Source: Streblomastix strix
Taxonomy: Eukaryota
Reading direction: 5' to 3'
Length of the DNA: 32,028 nt
Assembly: GCA_008636045.1 (NCBI GenBank)
Contig: SNRW01000070.1
Span: 1 to 32,028 of the forward strand
The notes under the pieces were generated by a model. That model was given only the letters and a program-made list of their open reading frames with translations, was not told where the DNA came from and ran no database searches. The stretch's first letter is position 1. Every line of letters starts with the position of its first letter. Below, in pieces: positions 1-12,600 of the stretch. The position numbers and the translations under genes were made by a program.

Positions 1-3000
1 AGTAGAGATTACAGCATGTTCGTAATGAGCTTGAAATCTCAGAAAAAGAAAGAGTTAGATTAACAGAAGTGATATGAAGTACTGAATCTGAGCGAGATAA
101 ATCAATAGCCGCTTTAGTATCAGAACGTGAAATTAGACACACTATTGAAAGAGAAGCACAAAGATCCAGAGATGCTGCTGCAGAAGCGAGGAAATTAGTA
201 GAATAAGTTGCATAGGAGAGATAGATAGAAATGAAGCTATTGATGGATTAAGTAAAAGAAGTTACTGAAAAAGCACAATAAGCTGAATAAGAGATGGAAA
301 AAGAGCGTGGAGATAATATTCAGCAGCTTGCACGTACAAGGGAAGCATAAATTGATGCAGAAAATGAATTAAAAATATATAAGAGAGAAAATGACTTATT
401 AAAAATTAAGTCAGAAACTTTTGATATGATGTCGAATGAAGCTTTGAAGACAGAAGCGAAAACTGCTTTGAAAGCTTCAGAAATTGAAAAGAAACTCAGA
501 TAATTGGAAGATGAATTAGCAGCTGAAAGAGGAAATAATTCGAGGAATGGTGTTCGTGGATCTGATTTCAGCAAGAAGATTGAATTTACTGAATAAGAAT
601 TGATTAATTTGAAGGAAAAATTGAATGAAAAGAATGAAAATGAGAAAGAATTGAATAAACGAGTATAAGAACTAGAGAAAGAGGTATTAATAATATTTGA
701 TTTTATGTTGATTAATAATAACATTTAATTTATTAATTTACTATTTGTTTTAATACCAATATTTGTTCTATTATATTTATTTATTATAAATCTAATTAAT
801 ATATTATACAGAACAAACAACTTTCATCAAATAAAGATTTCCACACACGCGCTCAAGGCACAGAACATCGTGTTCTTCTTGAACGAATCTAAGAAATGGA
901 ACAAGAATCCAAATAAAAAATAAATAAATTAGAATCAGATATAAAAGATCTTAAAGAAAATGAATTTAAAATAAGAAAACAGTTTGATGATGAAGAGAAA
1001 GAGTAAATTAAAGAACGTGGGACATGGGAATTGCAAAGAGCTGAAAATGAATAGGAAGTATATACATTTAAATAATAAATTGAAGAACAAACAGAAAAAA
1101 TTGAAAAATTACATCAAAAAATCCAGACTTTTGAAAAAGGGGAACAATTTGGAGAAGAATTGGGTAGATAATTGATTGAAAAGGAAAGAAGAAAAGAAAA
1201 AGAAAGAGAAAGGTAAAGATTGCTCTTAATTGAATAATAAGAAATGATTCAAAGTTAATAATTATAATTAAGAGAGTAATAGTAAGAATAATAGTAATAA
1301 AATCAAAGCATTAATAACAATGAGAATACAAATTTGTTATAATCCAGATTCACTGATTAATAATTAACGCCAAATAATACCATTAATAATAAACAAAACA
1401 TTTCATTATCAACAACTGGCAATACATACCATTAATTAAACTAAACTCCAATCAATTATTAGAAAAACCTAGATTTAATTTATGCATTAAACTCTCCATT
1501 ATTTTCTCCTGCATAATTACTACTTGATGCGATAGCGCCATCTGTAACTGATAATCAACAATAATAGCTTGAATAATAACAGTAATTATAACTATAATTT
1601 AATCAATCGTTATCATTACTATAATAATCTAATTCACTTATATTATAATAATCATCTTCTCCAATTCATAAAGCACAATTCACTTCCAATGCGTTAACGT
1701 CTCCATCGAAAGGGCCTTTCCATTATACATAACAACTCTCATATATTAAAACTGGATAAGAACCATAGTCATTAATTAATACTTAGACTAAATAATTATA
1801 GTAATAATTATACTAATCTTAATCCTAAATTAATTCTTAATTACTTTAATAATAACAAATTTCTAATACAAAAACAATTTTAGATTCAAATTAACATTAA
1901 ATTTAGAATTAAAACCGTAATTAAAATTAGAATTCAGAATAAAATTCAGTATCAACAACATCAATTCCAGCTCCACCACACTCAGTACCAAGATATCTAT
2001 CTCCAGATCCATTAACATTATAATAGAGCTCTCCAGGATCAAATTCAGCCAGAATAAAGCAAAGATCACCACGAATAATGTTTTCTGATGATAATGATGA
2101 TGAATAATAAATAAAGAGAAAGTAATAGCAAATATAATAATAATAAATTGAATAGAAACCTCAATTTCCAGTCCCTCCTGAAATATTGGGTGATTAAATA
2201 GCGCTTAGAAACTTCGGAAATGCAGCAGAATTGATCCTTCTTAGAGAATGGGCATCAAAAGCTAAAGATAAAATGAGTATCTTATAATAAGAAGTTGAAA
2301 ACGTACAGTTAAAACTAAAAGAAAAAGAATTTATTGATTAAAAGAAAGAAAATGATCAAAGTAAAGAAAGAAAAATGAAATAAAAAGAAGAAATGCAAAT
2401 GTTGAAAAAGATGGATAAAATGCGAGATGAATTAAACCAATCATTAGCAAAAGAGAGATAATATTCAATGGAAAATCAAAATTTATAAGAAAGAATTGAA
2501 TTCCTACAGTCAACAATCGCATAAAACGAGCTTGAATGGGGAAACATCAACAAACAAAAAGAAGAAGTTGCCAAAATTAAAATCGATTTAGAGCAACTTC
2601 GTGATACACTCGATTCAGAGATCAGTTCATGGGCTGCAAGAGAAAAGGAAGAAAAATAAATAAAATAAGAATTAGAAAAAGAAGTTGCTGAATTAAGGAA
2701 AGTTGCCATGTAAGCTTAGATGGAATCAGCTTTACTATCTGCTGGTAAAGAAGGATAATCTAAAGCTCTGGGAGAGGAATTGAATCAGTTGAAATCTAGA
2801 GTGGAATAATGCTCTTTATAAGCAATTGATGATTAAAAAGAGAAATCAAGTTTAAAAGAATAAATAAGAAAACTTAATTTGGACATTTTGCACTTAAAAG
2901 AAGGTAAAGCAGCTCTCGAAACTGAAAAATTGAGAATTTAATAAGAAAACGGAGAAATGATGTCTAAATTAGATCTAGGAGACGGAGAAACGGAGATTTA

Positions 3001-4591
3001 TTAAAAAAGGATCAGGAATCTATAAGATGACTTATTAAAATCAAAAAGAGCAGAAGAAGAAGCGAGATTGGAATTGAGAGATAAAATAGCTAAATTAGAA
3101 CCTCTATTATAACAGAAAGACAAATAACTTCTTGAATTGGCTAAATTAGCTGATACGAACCTTGGAAACACTACAATTGGGGTAACTTCATTACTTTAAT
3201 CATAATCGTTAAATTAACGCAAAACAAAATTTTCTTTATCTCCTGGTCCATATTCTACTTCAGATGCATTAAACAATTAAGTTATAAGATCATAATCACC
3301 AGAGACTAATATAAATACAAATATAAGTAAAATTAAATCATTTTCTCCTTCTAATTCATAAAATTAATTATAATTATAATAAATTAATTCACGTCTTTAA
3401 TAATAATCATAATAATAATAATTTTTGTATACATCTCCATCATTATCAAAATCTTCTTCTTCACCACTAAGATCGAAATATCTTCCTACAACTAACAGCA
3501 ATGATGGTATCTTCACACAAACTGCAAAAGCTATCATGATCACTGATGATAATAGAAATGAATAATAGTCAAATTTTAGCCCATCTAAAAATCAGATATA
3601 TCTCTCTAATACAGATTCAAATTCAAATTTAAATTAAGGATAAACACCTTAACCTCTTTCTCCATCGTACAGAAGCAGAAATTAATTCAATTCACCAACA
3701 AATTTGCTTTCTTCATCAAAATCTGCATATATTTCACCTTCTTAATAGTAGTAGTAATAATAATAATAATCGAACAAATATTCAAATTTCATATCTCCTT
3801 CAAAATCAGTTTCATTTTCACAATTTCCATCTGATATTCCTTCTCCATCACATTCATAATTCAATTAATCATCTCCATCGAATACATTCTCTGCATAAAT
3901 TACAATTTCTACATCAAAATCGGCATTAAATTAGAATTAAAACTTTAATTAAAGTCAAACAAATAATACTAATATTAATAATAATTCTAATAATAATAAT
4001 TTATCATCACCAAACTAGTAATTACCAGAACATTATTTACCTCCACCTGCTCAACCTCCTTTGAAAGCACTCTCCATCCAGAGATCAATTATCTCTACAC
4101 CTGGTCCATCATTAGACAATTCTTCATAGAATGTATCTAGATCACTTGGACCATAGAGAAATACATAATAGCTAACTTCATCAATGTCTTAATTTGCTTC
4201 TCCATCATAGGCTATTCAATAAAGCAGCACTGCTCCATCTCTAGTATCGCCATCTTCATTAACAGCAGTTTAATTTAGTTCAACTAAATCACCTGCCAGA
4301 GCGAAATTAGCAGCTTTACTCAGAAGCAATGGCGTTTAACAGGCTCCGCCGCCTTTTACTTACTCTGCACCTGTTCCTTATTCAAATATTTCAACGAGAA
4401 CTGGGGAGATTATTGCTTCTGTGCATCCTCAGGCCATACAAGCATCCAATGATGCGCTGAGTCGACTTTCACAGAGATTGAAAATACCACCTGCGTAAAT
4501 TCAACAGGAACAAAATTAATAAAATGTGGATGAAGGGAAAGTGTAATAAAAGCAACAGCAGGATGATAAGGAACAAGTAACTGACAGTTGA
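1..4591 (+). CDS. Long coiled-coil and Q/S/P/N low-complexity protein, 5'-partial; exons <1-683 and 812-4591
   Basis: With TAA/TAG=Gln the frame is continuous across a phase-0 GT-AG intron (684-811) and ends ...EQVTDS-TGA at 4589-4591. E/K/Q/L heptad-like regions lie at ~1-1250 and ~2200-3150; the C-terminal region is Ser/Pro/Gln-rich. One in-frame TGA at 75-77 is unexplained. Exon 2 was only partly scanned codon by codon. Confidence 0.8.
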
Positions 4592-5149
4592 TTCTTCATT
4601 TCACTATAATAAAGTTCTCATTTGATTTATTTACACTCCGCAATTTTTCCAAGCTTTATGTATAAATTTTGTCATTTATTTGTCTATATTGCGCAAAATA
4701 TCAAGATTTATTTTTGTTAATAATATGTTTATTAGAGCTACTAAAACAACATACAAAAATCGTTGCTAACACAACCATTACCAGTTTATTATTTGAATCA
4801 TATAAATAAATATAAATATATATCGGTTTTTTATTTTATTTATAGGCAATCAAAACATATAACAATGACTTGATGTTGATACGAACAGATCAATAATTTT
4901 AACTTTGCATTAATCATTGCACATATTCTACACTTTAATTATTCTGAACCATTGATTATTTTATTGTTAAAATAATAAATTAAGTTTATTAAGTCTGAAT
5001 AATATCATATTACTTTACAAATATTGGTCACAAAATGATAATTCAATAATTTTGCCGATTTTTTTTTTTTTTTTTGCTTCGTAGGATATATAAATTTTTG
5101 ATTTTATTTTTATTTATTATGCATTTTTTATTATAACAGTCTTTTAAAT

Positions 5150-5991
5150 ATGTTCATTGCCATACTACTACTTGGCGCCTTCGTTAGATGTAGTTCTATT
5201 ATAGAACTCGACACCTCATCTTTCAAGAACGACGTTCTAGGCTCGGACAACACTTATTTTGTCAGTCTGCCTCTTTTTATTTATTTATTATTATTTGTTA
5301 ATATATATTTTATATAACTTTTATAGTGTTTCACACCACACACTGCCCAGCCTGCCTCTAAATGATGCCTGAATTCAAAGAGCTCGCTTCAGACATGCGG
5401 TCAATTGGAATCCGCGTTGGAACCGTCGATTTAGATCGATACCCAGTATTTTCACGCACGTACAATGCATACAGCATACCAAAACTGATGCTCTTTCGGC
5501 CAAATAAAGAACCTTTAGAATATCAGAGTTATAGAACAGCTAAAGAGATGGGCGATTTTATTTTGGATAAACAGATGGGTGCGAAACATATTAGAGTTTT
5601 GGGAAAACCTGAAAAATTGGATGCGTTTTTCAACACTTCGGCTAAACTTCCCCGAGTTCTGCTGTTTTCTAAGAAGAGTACACTCCCTCCAATGTATAAG
5701 TAGATATGCTTTATGCATAGAAAGGAATTTGCGTGTGGATTTATAAGCAAAACACACCCTACAATCCCAGAAATAGCATCTAAATTAGTCGAATTAGGTC
5801 CCTTTGACATCAACAGTATAAGTTATCCTTCAATATTCATTGTAGACTATTAAGGAGCTCCAGTTCTTGATAGATTTGCTGATAAACTTTCTTTTTCTAG
5901 TCTTGACAAAGGATTAGGGAAATTGATACGGCAGAACCGCAATAGGTAGAGCAGCAGTAAAGGTAATAGTAATAATGATGAGGAGCTTTGA
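5150..5991 (+). CDS. ER thioredoxin/protein disulfide isomerase-like protein; exons 5150-5264 and 5327-5991
   Basis: Signal peptide-like MFIAILLLGAFVRC, then IIELDTSSFKNDVL...FVMFHTTHCPACLQMMPEF (CxxC = CPAC) and the YSIPKL cis-Pro motif. A second domain begins PRVLLFSKK. Ends NNDEEL-TGA (KDEL-like ER retention). A 62-nt intron at 5265-5326 restores the frame. Confidence 0.88.
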
Positions 5992-6724
5992 TTGCGTGTA
6001 GCCGGTCATTTCATTTCACACAAATTTTCATAAATAAATAATAACCTGAAATTTCCCCCCAACTTTTTCTTACGATCTTGCTATTTATATTTATTATAAA
6101 TCGAAATAATTCAAAGTATTATGCATAATAATATTCAATTTGTTGGAAATTAAATACATATTGAAATTTCATTTTATTTTTTTTTAGTTTTAACTTGGGG
6201 TTTTTCAATTGAACTATTCTAAGCGGATCTTTAGTACGCGTATATTTCGGAGTTTTAATTTATTTTTCAAATATATTCTTAACAAAATATTACTTTAATT
6301 TGGCCAAAAACTTACATTCAATGTGCAGACAAGAGCATTAAAATAATTGAAAAAAATCCATATTTTGCTGATCAGGTACACGAATGTTAATAGTCACAGT
6401 AATTATTATCAACATGCTATTTATATCATTTATTATATACAAATTATTCTATTTCATCTGTCTACGCGCATGATTCAACTATTTATAAAATTAAAATCGT
6501 AATTGTCTTTTTAGCTACTCATCGTTTTTATCTATGCTAACCATAAGTGGTAAATTGGTAGGGCAAACTACCTCCAACTTTTTTGTCCAAAATCAACAAG
6601 AATTCTCCAAATTTTTAGGAAAAAATCAATGATAATCCTAGAAAAGTTCCAATTTTTCATTCAATTAATTTTAATATTTGCTAAATAATTCTAACTATAA
6701 TTAATTAAATTATTTCTAGCACCG

Positions 6725-7949
6725 ATGATCAAACAGCGATTTAATACCCCTGTTGTCATTGATAATGGATCCTAATTGACCAAAGCTGGATTTGGTGGCG
6801 ATAAGCAACCACAATCAGTATTTCCAACTATTTTTGGAAACAGTCGAGCTGTTTGTGGACTTCATGATCTTAATGAAAAGTAAAATAATTATGGGGACTA
6901 TGCAATACTTTGATGTGGTGTATTAAAGCTGTATAATCCTATTTAGCATGGTGTTGTAGACAATTGGAGGGAAATGAAGTGATTGTGGGTATTATTTGTT
7001 TATTAATTTATTTACTGTATTTATATATATTATATATATTATTTATTTGATTTATGCATTTATTATATTATTTATATATTATCCAGAGATACACTTTCAA
7101 CAGAGTACTTAAAATAACACCTGATGATCGATCTATACTTCTGTCTGAAGTTCCACAGACTTCAACAGTAGATCGTGAGAAAACTTCAGAAATAATGTTT
7201 GAGAAACTTAAAATTGGATTCATGAACATTCAAAATACTGGATTACTGACATTATATGCATCTGGTAAGACAACTGGTACTGTTTTGGTTATTGGAGGTG
7301 GTCTATCAAGCGTGGTTCCTATTTATAATTCGGTTAAATAGAATGATGGAATAATGAAATAAGATTATGCAGGAAAAGAAATCACTGAATAACTTATGAG
7401 TATTCTGACTGAACGTGGATTATAATTCAGAACAACAACTGAACGGTTGTCAACCTGTAATTTAAAAGAGAACCAATGTTATATAGCATTTGACTATCAA
7501 AATGAGATAAAATAAGATCCTAAATTGATTGAATAGTAATATGAGATGCCAGATGGAAATTCATTACAATAGATAAAGAAAGAATCAAATTACTGGAAAC
7601 ATTGTTTCAACCAAATCTTGTTGGATTGAATGTTGTTGGAGTGCATTAATTACTTGTTTAGTCAATAATGAAATGCAATGAAGATATTAGGAAAGATTTG
7701 TACAATAATATAATTCTGTCAGGTAGTTCAACGATGTTCAATGGATTTGTAGATAGATTGAATAAAGAATTGATACAATAAGTCCCTTAAACAACAAAAA
7801 TAAATATTTCTGCTCCACCTGATCGAATAAACTCTGTTTAGGTCGGTGGATCAAATTTGTCATAATTATCAACTTTTCAACAGATGTGTATATCAAAAGC
7901 AGAATATGAAGAAAATGGATCTGGAATTATGAATCGTAAATGTGGTTGA
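6725..7949 (+). pseudogene. Divergent actin-family pseudogene; intron 6989-7086
   Basis: Actin motifs [53 protein letters not shown] and STFQQM.ISKAEYEE are present. Lesions: in-frame TGA at 6911-6913 and 6980-6982, a 1-nt deletion near 7563-7571, and loss of two conserved Trp residues (SVWIGG to SVQVGG; QMWISK to QMCISK). Confidence 0.9.
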
Positions 7950-8226
7950 ATTCATTATTTGGGGATAATTTCAGGATTTCGTCTCAATATTTGGCTATAA
8001 TATTGGACTTTGAGGAATAAAAAATAAGAAATTAATAAGAATAGGATGATTTAAAAATTTTATTTATTCAATTTAATTTTAAGGAATCAAAGGCTATATA
8101 TTTAGTGTAGAGTAAAATTTATTTAAATTATGAATCTTTATCATCTTATTTTTTCAATAAAATAAAAAATATAATAATCATTAATTTATGTTTGACTAAC
8201 TTTTATTATGGATATTGAAAAAAGTT

Positions 8227-9206
8227 TCAAAATATAACCCGTTTTAATAATCGACTTGTTTTATCTACAAATCGATTTAAAATGAAAATTTTGGTGTAAT
8301 ATGCATTTTCATTAACTTCATAAATACGCCTACTTTATATTAATTATGCTTGATTAATGAATTCAATTTGTTTGATTAGTCCATTATTAATCAATTATGC
8401 TTCAAACTCTTCGAAACATCCTTCTTCTTCAATTTACTCTTCAGAATTTTTCACCAAATTAATCTGAGGTAAAAATGAATAATCAATATTTTCATCAAAT
8501 TATATTCTCCCTTATCTTAGATCTAGTATGAAATTCATAATATCACTTAATGAATTGCATATATCGCGATCATTCCAATTTGTATATATAAAGCTGCTCG
8601 AAATGACTTATGACAATACATTAATATATCCCTCTTAAATAAGTTCTTGTTATATTGATAATCCTGTATATTATTGAATCTCAATAAGACACAATCTGCT
8701 CTTTTCTTTAATATCCAAAATATATTCAATATCTTTCTCATTAATTGAATGACTTAATTTGGGATTATGTAGTTTGATGAGTATTTGAATTATATTTGTA
8801 ATTTATGAAACTGTCCTGCAATTTGAAGATTCATCTTTGATACTTTTATACAATAGATTTAAAGATTGTGCCAATATTGATAGTGAAGGGAATCATAAAG
8901 AGAATATTAATGGAAATTAATTCCAATTGTCATGTATTTATTGATGTGAATTACATTTCTAAGCGCTATTAACTAAAATATTTATATATAAAAATTGTTA
9001 TAATGATATAATATTGAATTAAATATTAATTCGTATTGCCTACCATTGAATTACAAATCTTAAAGTTAAATTTATTTTAAATTTTCATATTTAGTTTAAT
9101 CCTTAAATAGTTTTTGTTTTAAATGAAAATTTTCTTGTTCTGCCTAATCTTTTTCTTATTCTAATTATTTCACATGTTTTTCAAGCTCGGTGATTTGTTA
9201 TATCAT
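8227..9206 (-). pseudogene. Helical 'EEQIEEEG' family member with an internal TGA; exons 9206-9044 and 8972-8227
   Basis: The minus-strand frame reads MIQQITELEK..., crosses a phase-1 intron (9043-8973), and continues ...PQINLVKNSEEQIEEEGCFEEFEAQLINNG... to TGA at 8229-8227. In-frame TGA at 8895-8893. Additional upstream exons are possible. Confidence 0.7.
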
Positions 9207-9614
9207 TTCTTATATATAATTTATAAAGAAAAAATTAAACAAAATGTAATCATATAAAAAATTAATAATAATAATAATAATAATTAAAAGTAACAAAAGA
9301 AATTTACAAACAATTATTTTCAGCAGAATAATCTATCATTTTATATTGTTTATAGCAAGGTTTCTGCTAAAATATTAAATCATATAGAAAAAATGCAAAT
9401 AATTATTATTCAAACGATTTTATGAAAAATTGATAAACATAACAGTGAGAAAATAAAAAAATAAAATAAAATTAAGTTAAATTTTTTATACACAGTCCAA
9501 AAACTGAATAAATTTTTACATTAAAATTTGACTAATAGAATGAAGTCTGAATTAATAAGTGTTTCATGTAAAATGGCAATATATGCGTGTTTTAGGTTTA
9601 TTGTCTCCATAGCG

Positions 9615-12600
9615 ATGTCCATAAACATTTTTCACGGCTCGGGGGGCACAGTGAGGTGCGTTATATTTAGATTTATTAGTAAAATTATTCATAATCATTG
9701 AAAAATCATCAATATATCCGAATTTTCTTCACGTTTGCATAAAACATTGCTCACAAAATAATTTACCCTTTTTACTGATCTTCTGCTAAACAAATCTTTA
9801 TTATTTATTAATAAATTTCAAAATATGATTATTCAATTTAACTTTTTACTAAATATTTAACGAAAATATTTTATTTTAATATTTTTCGATCATGAAATTT
9901 ATTTTTTATTTTAATCCATTATTTCAATGTTTCATTTATTACTTATTAAAAATTTTATTTTTATTATTGCGTATATTAGATAAATAAATGACTCTGAGCT
10001 GTTAACATCTTTGGGATTCTAAACTCTCCATGTTTTAGGTTTATATTTTTCCACTTCCAATTTTATTAGTAATATTTTGATTATTTTTTTAATTGTTTTT
10101 TATTTTCAGAAACTAGTTCAAGTGGAGGGTATGCATTACATGAATTTAATATTTATTTCTAGTTCTACATTATTTATTTATTGTTTTTTATTTTTCATAT
10201 TACTTTTTATATTTATTATTCATTTTATTTTGTTGTAGAACATACATTGTCTATAATATTAGTACAGGGATTGTAGCAGCCAAAATAATGCGAAGGATAT
10301 CTCTATCAGAGAATGAATGGAGCATAGCAGAAAAAATGCACAGGTATGAAAATCACTTTTTTTCTTATGTTTTTTACTTCCAAATTAATAACCTTTTATA
10401 ATCTTTTATTTACACCAATCAGCGCCGAACTTCCACGATTTGTTGTAAAATATGTTGTTTTTAGATCTCCTCCAACAGATATGATCGTTCTAAGAGAATA
10501 TGCAAACTTCAAAGTATGTGAAAAAAAAATTTAATTTGAAAAGAAAGTATTATTTCGTACATTTTTATATCAATATTATTTCATACATTTATATATCAAT
10601 ATTATTTCGTACATTTTTATATCAATATTATTTCATACATTTATATATCAATATTATTTCGTACATTTTTATATCAATATTATTTCGTACATTTTTATAT
10701 CAATATTATTTCGTACATTTTTATATCAATATTATTTCGTACATTTTTATATCAATACTATTTCGTACATTTATGTATTAATAGACAATTGGTGATGTAA
10801 TTAGATAAGGAGGAGCTGTTGTATCACCAGGGACCTTCCGTGCTATCGCTAAGTAACTGCGTATGACTTTATTTATACACAAATATATAATAAATTATAT
10901 ATATTATTAATAATTTTTTTATAGATGTTACTAAATTACATTTAATATTATACTTAACTATTATTCATATGATTATTTTACTTTATTGTTTATTTTCTAT
11001 TCATTATTTTACAATTCAGTTGAAGGACTTAGACTTATGCATTAACAAGGATTTATTCATCGGTATAAGAATTTAAATATGTTTATAATAGTTATATTTA
11101 ATTTACATTATTTCTAATAATTTGTTTTTATTATTATATAATTTGTGTTATTTTTTATTGTATATTGATTAAATAGAAACATTTGTGAAGATAATTTGAT
11201 GTTGCACACATCTTCTGGCACTGGAAGAGTGGTATTTATTATTATATTAATGATAATTTATTTATTATATATTTATATAATATAATACACAAATAATTTT
11301 TCTAATAACAGACAGCTAAAATTGCAGATTATGGACTTGTGAAATTCCCTGAGTGTTTGAGATAAAAATTGAGAGATGCAAAAGAAAAGTTTGTTTAATA
11401 TATGATTGAAATAGTATATAAAAAATCTATTATACAAATAATTTAGTTGAATGTTGTATAATTCTTAATTTTTTATATTAATTTTTATTTGTTACTATTG
11501 TATTTTCTATTATATTCCGTCTTAGTCAAACTCCAAATATTGCCCCAGAACTTTTAATGAGCGAAGATCCTCTTGATGAAAAAGTTTGTTTATATCGATT
11601 TTGATTGACTTAATAGTAATATATAAATATATATATAATTTATAAAGTTTTATTAATATTTGTTGATTTATTTTATATTTTTTTTATATTTTTTTTATAT
11701 TTTTATTTTATTTTATAATTTAATTCTTATTTTATTAGGTTGACATCTGGGCTCTTGGAACTGTATTGTATCATCTTTAAAGCCATCAACTACCGATTGT
11801 TGCAAATAACATTGAAGAAATGAGAATGTATTATTAACTTATTATATAACTTTATTAATTTAATATATAACTTTATTAATTTAATATATAACTTTATTAA
11901 TATTTATTTTGAAAAGAAATTAATTTAATTTTTAGAGAATATTATTTAATCTTTATATTATTATTAATATTATTATTATCAAATATTTATTATTATACTT
12001 TACCTTATTATTTCTATTTCTTTCATCAGTCTAATCCACACATTCTATCCAGATATATTCCCAGACTTCCAACCGAAATATCTTCCATCAATATTTTCCC
12101 CTAAAAACTAATCTCCGTCTCTATAATAACAGAGCATGTCATCATTCTTAATATCTCCAAGAGCATCAAATGTACTCTCACCATTACCACTAACACATTC
12201 ACCTAGTTAATTAACACAACAATAATAGACTTTTTTCCCAATATAATTATAGCAGTAGAGTTTAGTTAAATAGCAGTAGTCTAAGAATTAGTAATATCAG
12301 TCTGTACCAAGATTGCCTTCGTAGATATAATAGAAGCAATAATATTCACAGCAGATGCTACAATTATAGTAAAATATCGATTAATTCAATTAATATTCAT
12401 AACAATAATAATAAGTAGAATTATAGCTCATAAATCGTCCTCTATCAATCATCAATGACGATTTGTGGGACTTGTTAATGAAAATGCTTAATATCGACAG
12501 AACACAGCGAATTTCAGCAGAAAACGCGCTAAAACACGAATATTTCACATCAGAATCAGCCATATAGGAGATTTCTTATGGAGCATACAAGATGGCCAGG

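Noticed and set aside
9590..9660. GC-rich island as a candidate ncRNA
   Set aside because: It is better explained as exon 1 of the pseudokinase gene (MSINIFHGSGGTVR), with a phase-matched GT donor at 9656.
10551..10778. CRISPR-like array, and the 93-aa ORF 10500-10781
   Set aside because: Units are contiguous with no spacers, the context is a eukaryotic intron, and the ORF is just the translated minisatellite.
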